From contig CAZNWY010000006.1 in assembly GCA_964577105.1 (NCBI GenBank), positions 13,370 to 77,369 on the forward strand: a stretch of 64,000 nt of DNA. Direction: 5' to 3'. Both the position numbers and the translations under genes were made by a program. This document shows positions 29,400-38,148 of the stretch, piece by piece. The DNA comes from an uncultured Flavobacterium sp. (lineage in GTDB: Bacteria; Bacteroidota; Bacteroidia; Flavobacteriales; Flavobacteriaceae). The notes beneath the pieces were generated by a model. It ran no database searches. It worked only from the letters and a program-made list of their open reading frames with translations, and was not told the origin of the DNA. How positions within the stretch are numbered: the stretch's first letter is position 1; the number at the start of each line of letters is the position of its first letter.

Positions 29400-31391
29400 T
29401 TAATGATTTCCATGAGAATCAATTCGTCTCATGTCAATGATTTCTGGTGGATGCAACACCATCGGGAATTGTTCAACTTTAACCGAGCTGCTGTCTAGGC
29501 CAAAACCTTTTTCTTCAGATAAACTGAATTTTTTCATGAAGAAATAAGCATTCATAACAATGTTTTCAAAGAAGGTTAAATCGCTGTCATTCGACAAGAA
29601 TTTTTCTGAAAGCACAAATTTAAAATCTCCGATAATGTTGTTTTTATTTAAGGATTCGTAACGACTCGTTATATCTACTTCGCCTTTGCTCACCATATCT
29701 TTGATAACTTCTTTCAACATCAAATTGATTTTGGTAGGTTCTCTAAAACCAAGATAGAAGTCCACTCGATACAAGTCATCTGGAATAACTTCGGTAACTT
29801 TAAATTCTTTTTTATAAGGTTCGCTTAAAATATTTACGTGAACAAACCAATATAAATCGGCTCTTTTTGGTCTTTTTTGTAGAATAGAATACATTACCTT
29901 TTCTTCAATTTCATCAGATCGATTGGAGTTTGTCATGTATACTAAATGCGTAGCGTATTTTGGGATTGATAAATCGACACTCAATTCGGCAAGCACTTTT
30001 TTATAAGCATCAATCTTAACCATTTTGGTATAGTTTTTACTAATTTTCTTAGCCAAATACCAAGTTGACATAATGCTAATCAATATTATAGCAATGAATA
30101 AGGTCACAAATCCACCATCCATAAATTTAGTAATGTTAGCTGCTAAGAAACTAAATTCGATAGTAAGATAGATAAGAATTAGAGGTGCAATGAAATACCA
30201 TTTTACTCTTTTCATTATCAAATAATAATTTAGCAAGATGGTAGTCATAATCATACATAAGATGATGGCCAAACCATAAGCGTGTTCCATATTACTTGAT
30301 TCTTGAAAGTGCCATACAATTCCGACACAACCAAAAAATAAAAGCCAATTAATAGATGGAATGTATAATTGTCCTTTTACATCGGTTGGAAATTTGATTT
30401 TTACTTTAGGCCAGAAATTCAAACGCATGGCTTCGTTGATGAGTGTGAAAGAACCACTAATTAATGCTTGAGAGGCGATTACAGCTGCTAATGTAGCTAC
30501 AACGATACCAAATGGTTTGAACCATTCTGCCATAATCAGGTAAAACGGATTAGGATTGTGAGCACTCAATTGGGCCAATGTTTTCCCTTCATGTAATAAT
30601 AAATAAGCACCTTGTCCGAAGTAATTTAAAACCAAAGTAGTTTTAACAAACATCCAACTGATTCGGATGTTTTTTCTACCACAATGCCCCATATCGGAGT
30701 ACAATGCTTCTGCTCCAGTAGTACATAAGAAAACAGCTCCAAGTATAAAGAATCCTTGATCGCTAACATCACTTGTTAGTAAATGATAGGCGTAATATGG
30801 GTTTAATGCTTTAAAAACTTCAAGATTAGTAACCATTTGAATTACACCTAAAACCCCTAACATTGTGAACCAAATCAGCATCATAGGAGCAAAAAATTTA
30901 CCAACTAATTTTGTTCCAAATTGTTGAATAGTAAACAAAACAAACAAAATTGATATAACAATAGGCACCGTAGGAATGTCTGGTTTAAAAATTCGTAATC
31001 CTTCTACAGCAGAAGAAACCGAGATAGGAGGTGTGATGATACCATCGGCCAACAAAGCACTTCCACCAATAATGGCAGGAACAATTAGCCATTGAATTTT
31101 GGTTCTTTTTACTAGTGCGTACAAAGCAAAAATCCCACCTTCGCCATGATTATCAGCACTTAAAGTAATGATGACATATTTTAAAGTGGTTTGTAAGGTA
31201 AGCGTCCAGAAAATACAAGACAAGCCTCCCAATATTAGATCTTTAGATATAACACTATCGCCAATAATGGAATTCATTACATAGAGTGGAGATGTACCAA
31301 TGTCACCATAGATAATTCCTAATGTAATTAGTAACCCAGCCGCAGTTAACTTGCTGTGAAGATGTTGATGGCTATGACTAGTCGAGCTCAT
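29400..31391 (-). CDS. kup: KUP/HAK/KT potassium uptake transporter
   Basis: 663 aa, multi-TM, with the N-terminal signature GIIYGDIGTSPLYV and a cytoplasmic C-terminal domain. Confidence 0.9.
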   Translation of the reverse strand: MSSTSHSHQHLHSKLTAAGLLITLGIIYGDIGTSPLYVMNSIIGDSVISKDLILGGLSCIFWTLTLQTTLKYVIITLSADNHGEGGIFALYALVKRTKIQWLIVPAIIGGSALLADGIITPPISVSSAVEGLRIFKPDIPTVPIVISILFVLFTIQQFGTKLVGKFFAPMMLIWFTMLGVLGVIQMVTNLEVFKALNPYYAYHLLTSDVSDQGFFILGAVFLCTTGAEALYSDMGHCGRKNIRISWMFVKTTLVLNYFGQGAYLLLHEGKTLAQLSAHNPNPFYLIMAEWFKPFGIVVATLAAVIASQALISGSFTLINEAMRLNFWPKVKIKFPTDVKGQLYIPSINWLLFFGCVGIVWHFQESSNMEHAYGLAIILCMIMTTILLNYYLIMKRVKWYFIAPLILIYLTIEFSFLAANITKFMDGGFVTLFIAIILISIMSTWYLAKKISKNYTKMVKIDAYKKVLAELSVDLSIPKYATHLVYMTNSNRSDEIEEKVMYSILQKRPKRADLYWFVHVNILSEPYKKEFKVTEVIPDDLYRVDFYLGFREPTKINLMLKEVIKDMVSKGEVDITSRYESLNKNNIIGDFKFVLSEKFLSNDSDLTFFENIVMNAYFFMKKFSLSEEKGFGLDSSSVKVEQFPMVLHPPEIIDMRRIDSHGNH

Positions 31392-31446
31392 AATAATTTG
31401 TTAAAAAAAGAGTACAAATGTATTACTTTTAAAGATTTTAAATAAA

Positions 31447-31476
31447 AAAAGCACCGAATATTTTCGATGCTTTTTA
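31447..31476 (-). terminator. rho-independent terminator of the repeat-protein gene
   Basis: AAAAGCACCGAA / TTCGATGCTTTT hairpin (one mismatch) with a U-run on the minus strand, 19 nt after the stop. Confidence 0.65.
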
Positions 31477-31494
31477 GTTTAGTATGATTTTAAA

Positions 31495-32847
31495 TTATCT
31501 TCTGCCGCCACCAGAGCCTCGGCTACCGCCACCGCCACTGAATCCGCCACCTGAACTTCTGCCTCCGCCGCCACTAAAACCGCCACCATTGCCTCTTGGA
31601 GACGAGCTTCCACCAAAATTTCCTCCACCGTAGCTTCGTGGTGATGAACTTTCATTGCTAAAACTTCTTGGAGAAGCAGTTCCACCTCCGTAGCTTCTTG
31701 GTTCACTTGAAGGTGTGCTGAATCCAGAATTTCTTGGAGTATCACTCGAATAACTTCTTGGTGAACTATAAACAGTATTGTTTTCTGAAGAACGTGGTGT
31801 GCTGTAGCTTGTACTTCTCGGACTATCGTTTGAATTTCCTCTTGGAGAAGTAGAAATGGTGTTGTTGTCTGAAGCACGTGGTGTGCTAAAACTATTGTTT
31901 CTAGGTGAGTCGTTGGATACCGTTCTCGGATTTGAAATAGAGTTGTCTCTAGTTTCGTTTCTTGGACTTCCAATTGAAGAATTTCTTGGTGAATCTGATG
32001 TGTTTCCTCTTGGACTTGCGTCAGAGTTTCCTCTTGGGTTATCAAAGTTTCTCGGACCTACTTGACCTGAATTTCTCGGATTATCATTGAAAGCTACATC
32101 ATGTCTTGGTCTTGTTTGATCCAATTCGTAGCGATTTGCAAAACCTGAATTTCTATGTTCAAAAGAACGGTTTGGATATTCTCTTTCGTAATAGTTGGCT
32201 CTTCTTCCATAGTAATGATTGTAAGCCCATTCGCATCTTCTATAATTTACATAATTGTAATGATAGTTAAAGTTGATGCACAATCCGATATGATGTCTGT
32301 ATCGGAATATCGGACATGGGTTCCAAGCATAATAATAAGCTGGATAATAACCCCAATACCATGAAGAGTAGTAAGGACGGTAATTTGGCACCCAAAAATA
32401 ATTGTAAATAACAGGAACATTTACATAAACAGGTTCATAAATATAGTTTTTACCATACATATAAACATCTCCTACAACTTGTACTTGCATGCGATTGTTG
32501 TTGTCTTTTTCAACTTCAACAGTTGCTACGTCTTGGTATTTATCTTGTCCTAAAACGGCTTGAATAATAATAAGATGTACGTTTTTTTCAACCGATTCGA
32601 TAACGCGCAAATAATCAACTTGATTGTCGTTGTTTAAATCTAAATTTGAAATTTGTGCTTTGGGATCATTCAATTTAAATTCGAAATCGGCCAAATCTTT
32701 TGAATCTCCAAAAATAGAAGCTACAGCCCTAAGATCTAGGTTGTCGCTAATCTCAGAACTAGTCGCATTTACGGTAGTTCTGTCTTGTGCAAATGAACTT
32801 GCAAAAAGCAAACTCATGAATGTCGAAAGTAATATTTTAGTTTTCAT
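31495..32847 (-). CDS. secreted protein: globular N-domain, Tyr/Asn/Trp-rich segment, about 19 xPR repeats and a Gly/Arg tail
   Basis: I prefer the start at ATG 32847 (MKTKILLSTFMSLLFASSFAQ signal peptide) to the ORF-track start at 32964. The C-terminal ~190 aa contain repeated [S/T/N]PR motifs and end in GGGRSSGGGFSGGGGSRGSGGGRR. Confidence 0.6.
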   Translation of the reverse strand: MKTKILLSTFMSLLFASSFAQDRTTVNATSSEISDNLDLRAVASIFGDSKDLADFEFKLNDPKAQISNLDLNNDNQVDYLRVIESVEKNVHLIIIQAVLGQDKYQDVATVEVEKDNNNRMQVQVVGDVYMYGKNYIYEPVYVNVPVIYNYFWVPNYRPYYSSWYWGYYPAYYYAWNPCPIFRYRHHIGLCINFNYHYNYVNYRRCEWAYNHYYGRRANYYEREYPNRSFEHRNSGFANRYELDQTRPRHDVAFNDNPRNSGQVGPRNFDNPRGNSDASPRGNTSDSPRNSSIGSPRNETRDNSISNPRTVSNDSPRNNSFSTPRASDNNTISTSPRGNSNDSPRSTSYSTPRSSENNTVYSSPRSYSSDTPRNSGFSTPSSEPRSYGGGTASPRSFSNESSSPRSYGGGNFGGSSSPRGNGGGFSGGGGRSSGGGFSGGGGSRGSGGGRR

Positions 32848-32977
32848 AACGCAAAGTATTAATGGTTCATAATAGTCTTTGAAACCAGTAAACCAATATT
32901 TGTGCCAAGAATGAAACATTTGCAAATCATTAACAAAAATTAAGTTGTATTTTAGCAGTATCATTTCTTAAATTCTC

Positions 32978-34033
32978 ATGAGAAAAACCTACTTTTTACT
33001 AACTTTTTTCGTTCTATTTATCTCTTGTAAGCTATTGCAAGAAAGTAAATCTACATTTTATAATTCTGTTAAAATTGATACTCTTTTGAAAGACAAGATC
33101 AGTATCCGACCGATTTCTGTTTCATCGGATAAAGTTTGGTATGCCGCCGATAAAAATAGAGTAGGGTATTTGAGTTTGATGAATGCCAATAAAATGGAAC
33201 GTACAATCAATAAAGATTCTTTGAAAATAGAGTTTAGAAGTAGTGCACAGACCTCGAATTCAATTTTTGTCTTGAGTGTTGGTAATCCTGCTTTGTTGTA
33301 TAAATTCTCAAAAAATTTGGTTCACAAGAAGCTCGTTTATGAAGAACACAATGAAAAAGTGTTTTATGATAGCATGCAATTTTGGAATGATAACGAAGGA
33401 ATTGCAATTGGCGACCCTACAGAGAATTGTTTCTCAATAATAATTACTCGAGATGGAGGTGAAACTTGGCAAAAACTTCCGTGTGAAAAGTTACCCAAAT
33501 TAGCAGATGGTGAAGCAGCATTTGCCGCTAGTAATACCAATATTATTGTTAAAGGAAATTCCACTTGGTTGGTTTCTGGTGGAAAAAAAGCAAGAGTTTT
33601 TTATTCGCCAGATAAAGGAATTACGTGGATGGTTTATGATACTCCAATTGTTCAAGGAGCAACCATGACTGGAATTTTTACAGCCGATTTTTATGACAAT
33701 AATATCGGATTTGTTGCAGGCGGAAATTATGAAAAGCCAAATCAGAATTTTCAAAATAAAGCCCTAACAACCGATGGCGGTAAAACATGGAAATTGGTTG
33801 GGGAACAACAAGGTTTTGGTTACGCTTCTTGTGTGCAATTTGTGCCTAATAGTAATGGAAAACAACTCGTTTCAGTTGGAGCAAGCGGATTGTTTTATTC
33901 TAAAGATCAAGGAAAAACATGGTCGCAATTGAGTACCGATAGCACTTTGTATACCATTAGATTTATAAATGATTTTACCGCAATTGCCGCAGGAAAAGAC
34001 AAGATTGTTAAATTGGAATTTAGTTCTAAGTAA
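32978..34033 (+). CDS. BNR/Asp-box beta-propeller protein (Ycf48-like)
   Basis: 351 aa, lipoprotein-like N-terminus (FISC), with Asp-box motifs DGGETW, DKGITW, DGGKTW and DQGKTW. Confidence 0.6.
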   Translation: MRKTYFLLTFFVLFISCKLLQESKSTFYNSVKIDTLLKDKISIRPISVSSDKVWYAADKNRVGYLSLMNANKMERTINKDSLKIEFRSSAQTSNSIFVLSVGNPALLYKFSKNLVHKKLVYEEHNEKVFYDSMQFWNDNEGIAIGDPTENCFSIIITRDGGETWQKLPCEKLPKLADGEAAFAASNTNIIVKGNSTWLVSGGKKARVFYSPDKGITWMVYDTPIVQGATMTGIFTADFYDNNIGFVAGGNYEKPNQNFQNKALTTDGGKTWKLVGEQQGFGYASCVQFVPNSNGKQLVSVGASGLFYSKDQGKTWSQLSTDSTLYTIRFINDFTAIAAGKDKIVKLEFSSK

Positions 34034-34043
34034 TTGTTTTTAA

Positions 34044-34077
34044 TAAAAAAAGCGATTTTCAAATGAGAATCGCTTTG
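34044..34077. terminator. rho-independent terminator between convergent genes
   Basis: A7-AAGCGATT (34050-34057) / AATCGCTT (34068-34075)-T. Confidence 0.7.
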
Positions 34078-34105
34078 AGATATGATAGTTAAAATGGAAT
34101 TATTT

Positions 34106-34576
34106 TTATCGACCAATTTTTTTATCGCGGTATTGTTGTAATAATTTTTTACTAAATTCTTCTTCTGCTTTTTTGAGTTTCAAAATTTTAGTTGCTGGAA
34201 GTACATTTTTCAAATTGGCTATAAATTTCTTTTTCAATTGATACAATTCGTCTTCAGCACTTTCCATCTGATTCAGCACTGTTGTAGCTTCTTTTTCGGA
34301 TAATTTATCTAAAGAGTTATCGTCTTTTTGTTCTAAAAAAGCTTTCAATTTTTGCTTTCTAATTTCTTGTTGTTTGTCTTCAAAAGCATTAAAAAGTGGC
34401 CAGAATTTTGTAGCCTCATCGGGTGTTAGATTTAATTCATTAGTTATATAGGCAATCTTCAACGCTTTTATTTGCTCTTTTTTTTCTTTAAAACGTTGCC
34501 TTAAAGAACCATCTTGTGCAAATGACGCCATTGAAATTAAGACAAGTGCTAATGTTATTAATTTAAAATTTTTCAT
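34106..34576 (-). CDS. periplasmic helical protein (Spy/CpxP-like), third gene of the ECF sigma module
   Basis: 156 aa with a signal peptide and a Lys/Glu-rich helical body that includes LTPDEATKFWPLFNAFE. Confidence 0.5.
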   Translation of the reverse strand: MKNFKLITLALVLISMASFAQDGSLRQRFKEKKEQIKALKIAYITNELNLTPDEATKFWPLFNAFEDKQQEIRKQKLKAFLEQKDDNSLDKLSEKEATTVLNQMESAEDELYQLKKKFIANLKNVLPATKILKLKKAEEEFSKKLLQQYRDKKIGR

Positions 34577-34581
34577 GTTGT

Positions 34582-35001
34582 TTAGTTTTCGTTTGTAATG
34601 TATTGCTCCAAATTGGTATTGCTAGAAAGAACTTCTTCAAGTGCTTCTTTTTCAATAGGAGTTTCTATATTTAATTTGTCAATATCTTCTTGGTCTAGTA
34701 AATTTACAATGTCTTCATCGGATAAAGAGGTATGATTTACAATATAATTTTCTACATCATTAGAAGATAATTCTTGTTCTCTATTTTGTATTTGATATAC
34801 AATAGGAATCGATAAGGCAACTACTAAAATCGCCGCAGCAGAAAATAATAATCGTTTGTTTTTTGCATAAAACGATACTACTTTGGGTTCTTCTTTGGGC
34901 AATTTTTGCATTACCTTTTCTGAAAAAGTATCAAAATAATCTTCAGGAATTATAAAGCCTGATGTTATTTTTGGGTGAGTATCTAATTTAAAATCTTTCA
35001 T
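34582..35001 (-). CDS. single-pass membrane protein, putative anti-sigma factor (no zinc motif)
   Basis: 139 aa with a cytoplasmic N-terminus, one TM helix (LLFSAAAILVVALSIPIVY) and an acidic C-terminus. It starts 30 nt downstream of the sigma gene. Confidence 0.45.
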   Translation of the reverse strand: MKDFKLDTHPKITSGFIIPEDYFDTFSEKVMQKLPKEEPKVVSFYAKNKRLLFSAAAILVVALSIPIVYQIQNREQELSSNDVENYIVNHTSLSDEDIVNLLDQEDIDKLNIETPIEKEALEEVLSSNTNLEQYITNEN

Positions 35002-35031
35002 ATCTATAAGACATTTATTGGTCTAAAAGGT

Positions 35032-35574
35032 TTAATTGTTATTCATATATTCTTCAATTTTTTTTACGGCATGATGATAGGATGCTTTTAACGCACCTAC
35101 TGATGTGCCTAAAATCTCCGACATATTTTCGTATTTAATTTCTTCGTAATACTTCATTTTAAATACTAATTGTTGTTTTTCTGGAAGCAATGCAATCGCC
35201 TTTTGCAATTTAATTTGAATGTCATTTCCATCAAAATAAACATCCGACTGAAGGTTTTCTACAATTTTTGTTTGCAACGCTTCACTAGTAGTACCATTAC
35301 GTTTGGCTTTATTATTTATAAAAGTGATGGCTTCGTTGGTGGCAATTCGGTACATCCAAGAAAACAATTTGCTATCGCCTTTAAAATTTTTCAGATACTG
35401 AAATACTTTCACGAAGGTATTTTGCAATACATCATCGGCATCGTCGTGGTTGAGAACAATGTTTCTAATATGATTGTACAAAGGTTTTTGATAATCGCGC
35501 AAGAGTTTCTGAAACGCTACATTCTGCGTTTTAGGGTTTAAAAGTTCGTTTATGAAATCCTTTTCTTCTTGCAA
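35032..35574 (-). CDS. ECF-type RNA polymerase sigma-70 factor
   Basis: 180 aa with region 2 (DDADDVLQNTFVKVF...WMYRIATNEAI) and region 4 (LPEKQQLVFKMKYYEEIKYENMSEILG). The first codon is TTG. Confidence 0.85.
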   Translation of the reverse strand: MQEEKDFINELLNPKTQNVAFQKLLRDYQKPLYNHIRNIVLNHDDADDVLQNTFVKVFQYLKNFKGDSKLFSWMYRIATNEAITFINNKAKRNGTTSEALQTKIVENLQSDVYFDGNDIQIKLQKAIALLPEKQQLVFKMKYYEEIKYENMSEILGTSVGALKASYHHAVKKIEEYMNNN

Positions 35575-35651
35575 GGCGAAAATTTATCTGTAAGAATAAA
35601 GATAATGGAAAAGGTTTAATCTAAACGTATTCCAATTTTTTTGTAAAATTT

Positions 35652-36746
35652 TTACGGTGTAGGATTTGCTATCGGAGTAACTACACGAGTAGAATCTGCT
35701 GGTTTAGGATTTGTTGGTCGTGGTGCCGCTTTTGGATATACTGGCACATAAATTTCGGTAACCCATTTAGACGGACTTTTAACATCATTTCGTCCTTTTA
35801 CATATACTTCAATCACTTGACCCGAACGGTTGCGCTCTAGATGATTGTCGGAAATGTAGTTGAATGCTTTTTTCCAAGCCATTTGTGTATGTGAATAATC
35901 GCCCACCAAAGTAGTTTTTAACGACGTGTAATTTGGCATTTCACCCGATTCGATGTCGCTGCCTGGCATAATGTGAATAGAATCTCGAATAGGCATACAT
36001 ACCGAAAAACCTACATCATCATTAGTACGATCGTATTTGTGATAAATGATAAACAATTTTCCGTTAGCACTTAGATTGTTTTTTTCAAAGAAACGCTCCA
36101 TTCGCGGTACTAAAACCTTGATGTAGCGATCTACGTCTTTTTGTTTGCAATGCATGAATTGCTTTAAATAAAATCCACCTTGGCGGTTTACAATTCCATT
36201 GACTTTAATTTTGTAGGTATTGATTTCGTAATCTAATGTTTTATTGAGGTTTTCAAGACTTTTCTCGTAAGAATCTCCAATTACCGAATTGATACCACCT
36301 TTAAAAAAGGCTAAGACTTTCGATTTAAAATCAAGTTTGCCTTTACTTCTCCAAGTAACTTTTGTTCCTCCAATGGTGTCTTTAAATTTCCAGAAAATGG
36401 TTGACGATTCATCGTTTTGAATCATTTTTTGAGCAAGACTATCATTTTCTTTTACAAAATACGTTTTTAAGTTTCCTTCATTACTATCGCTGGTCCAAGA
36501 ACAAGAAGCACCTTTTCCCATGGTAAGTTCTGGGTAAGTAAATTTCATCGACGGATCGTTTTGAATCCATGAAGCAAAAGTTTCCCAATTTCGGTAATCA
36601 TTAATGTAATTAAATACTACACTTCTAGGATTTTTGATAACCTTACTGCGAGTCACATCATAGTTCGCATTTTGTGTTGAAACAAAAACGGTCAATCCTA
36701 GTAGGATTAATAGAAGTAACAAAAATATGTATTTGAGTATTCTCAT
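35652..36746 (-). CDS. membrane-anchored SRPBCC + GyrI-like two-domain protein with Pro-rich tail
   Basis: 364 aa with an N-terminal TM helix and two ligand-binding-fold-like halves. The C-terminus is KAAPRPTNPKPADSTRVVTPIANPTP. Domain calls are by resemblance only. Confidence 0.5.
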   Translation of the reverse strand: MRILKYIFLLLLLILLGLTVFVSTQNANYDVTRSKVIKNPRSVVFNYINDYRNWETFASWIQNDPSMKFTYPELTMGKGASCSWTSDSNEGNLKTYFVKENDSLAQKMIQNDESSTIFWKFKDTIGGTKVTWRSKGKLDFKSKVLAFFKGGINSVIGDSYEKSLENLNKTLDYEINTYKIKVNGIVNRQGGFYLKQFMHCKQKDVDRYIKVLVPRMERFFEKNNLSANGKLFIIYHKYDRTNDDVGFSVCMPIRDSIHIMPGSDIESGEMPNYTSLKTTLVGDYSHTQMAWKKAFNYISDNHLERNRSGQVIEVYVKGRNDVKSPSKWVTEIYVPVYPKAAPRPTNPKPADSTRVVTPIANPTP

Positions 36747-36854
36747 TAAAGGTTATAAAATTGCGACGTAAATATAATAAAATAAATTTATTGTTGAACA
36801 ATTCCAACGCTGTATCATGTTTTGTGCTGAATCTTACAAGAACACTCGATTTTT

Positions 36855-37043
36855 TTAATGTCTAAAGAATATTTTTATCAAAAAAAGAAGAATTATAAAA
36901 ACAAAAAAACCTAATAAAATCTTATAATTTCCCTTATAAAATTTGTTGTGTAACGCCTTGTCTTTACCATAAGCATAAATCATGGCAAAAACAAAAGCTA
37001 CAATAAAAAGTCCTGCAAATAGTAATTGACCTTTTGTAAACAT
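36855..37043 (-). CDS. small two-TM membrane protein
   Basis: I prefer the ATG at 37043 (MFTKGQLLFAGLFIVAFVFAMIY...) to the TTG at 37064. No family recognised. Confidence 0.4.
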   Translation of the reverse strand: MFTKGQLLFAGLFIVAFVFAMIYAYGKDKALHNKFYKGNYKILLGFFVFIILLFLIKIFFRH

Positions 37044-37123
37044 AATGGTGTAATTTTTCAACAAATTTAGGCATTTGAATTCATAATTTGTATTTTGGCT
37101 TCATAATTAATTTCAAATAAAAA

Positions 37124-37507
37124 ATGCAAAAACAAATCAACGCAGTTAAAGAATTTCACACCGCTTTCGGATTGGGAGTAAGTGAAATTGTTCGAGGTAA
37201 TTTAGGAAATCAAATCAATATGCTTCGTTATAATTTGATGAAAGAAGAAAATGAAGAATATCTCGAAGCAGTTCAAAATGACGATATTGTTGAAATAGCC
37301 GATGCGCTTGGTGATATGCTTTATATTTTATGCGGTACCATAATTGAACACGGTTTGCAACATAAAATCGAAGAAGTTTTTGACGAAATTCAACGAAGTA
37401 ATATGAGTAAGTTGGGCGAAGACGGAAAACCTATTTACAGAGAAGACGGTAAAGTAATGAAAGGACCAAATTATTTCAAACCCAATTTTGAGGAAATATT
37501 AAAGTAG
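37124..37507 (+). CDS. MazG-like nucleotide pyrophosphohydrolase family protein
   Basis: 127 aa, all-alpha, with the metal-binding pattern EENEEYLEA...EIADALGDMLY. Confidence 0.6.
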   Translation: MQKQINAVKEFHTAFGLGVSEIVRGNLGNQINMLRYNLMKEENEEYLEAVQNDDIVEIADALGDMLYILCGTIIEHGLQHKIEEVFDEIQRSNMSKLGEDGKPIYREDGKVMKGPNYFKPNFEEILK

Positions 37508-37514
37508 TTTTCAG

Positions 37515-37556
37515 TTTTCAGTCGCAGTTTTCAGATTTGGTACTGCAACTGAAAGT
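37515..37556. terminator. imperfect hairpin between convergent genes
   Basis: TTTTCAGTCGCAG (37515-37527) pairs with CTGCAACTGAAAG (37544-37556), with one mismatch and one G-U. TTTTCAG occurs three times in the left flank. Confidence 0.45.
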
Positions 37557-37558
37557 TG

Positions 37559-38053
37559 TTACAGCATTTTTTGCATAAAAACACTATCTAACCAACGGTC
37601 AAATTTGAATCCAGATTCTTTTATCGTTCCAACAATTTCAAAACCAAATCGTTTATGAAAATCAATACTTTTTTGGTTTTCAGAATCAATAACGCCAATC
37701 ATCGTATGTAGTTTTTGGGCTTTCGCCAAATGAATGAGCTCTTCTAAAAGAAGTTTGCCAATGCCTTTTTCTAAGTGGTTTGGATGTGCATAAACCGAAT
37801 GTTCTACCGTAAATTTGTAAGCTTCTCTAAAACGAAATTCACTATAATAACCAAAACCTACTACGATTTCATTTTCTAAAGCAACTATAATTGGAAATCT
37901 CTTTTGGAGTTTGTCTTCAAAAATGGCAATTTGATTTACCAAAGTACGCGGTTCGTAATCATACAAGGCAGTCGAATTTAGAATATTATAATTAATAATT
38001 TCTAAAATAGCTGCGGTGTCTTTGGTTTTATAGTTTCTGATTTTGATTTCCAT
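37559..38053 (-). CDS. GNAT N-acetyltransferase (phosphinothricin/MnaT-like)
   Basis: 164 aa. The N-terminus IR.Y...D..AILEIINYNILNSTALYDYEP and the acetyl-CoA motif EKGIGKLLLEEL resemble the PAT subfamily. Confidence 0.8.
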   Translation of the reverse strand: MEIKIRNYKTKDTAAILEIINYNILNSTALYDYEPRTLVNQIAIFEDKLQKRFPIIVALENEIVVGFGYYSEFRFREAYKFTVEHSVYAHPNHLEKGIGKLLLEELIHLAKAQKLHTMIGVIDSENQKSIDFHKRFGFEIVGTIKESGFKFDRWLDSVFMQKML

Positions 38054-38119
38054 AGCATATAAATTGCATTCAAAAATAATAAAACTTAGTTAACCTCTTG
38101 AAAATACTTTACAACTTTG

Positions 38120-38127
38120 TAACTTTG
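38120..38127 (+). promoter_or_regulatory. -7 promoter motif (TAnnTTTG) with upstream TTG, for menD
   Basis: TAACTTTG lies 22 nt upstream of the ATG at 38149. A TTG at 38098-38100 gives a 19-nt spacer. Confidence 0.5.
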
Positions 38128-38148
38128 TAGCCTTGCAAATCCGATACA

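Noticed and set aside
31479-32045. 188-aa ORF in a second minus-strand frame over the xPR repeat region (Glu/Gln/Val/His-rich product).
   Set aside because: It is an artefact of the repetitive codon composition of the repeat-protein gene. It has no start context of its own and lies fully inside the better-supported frame, which has a signal peptide.
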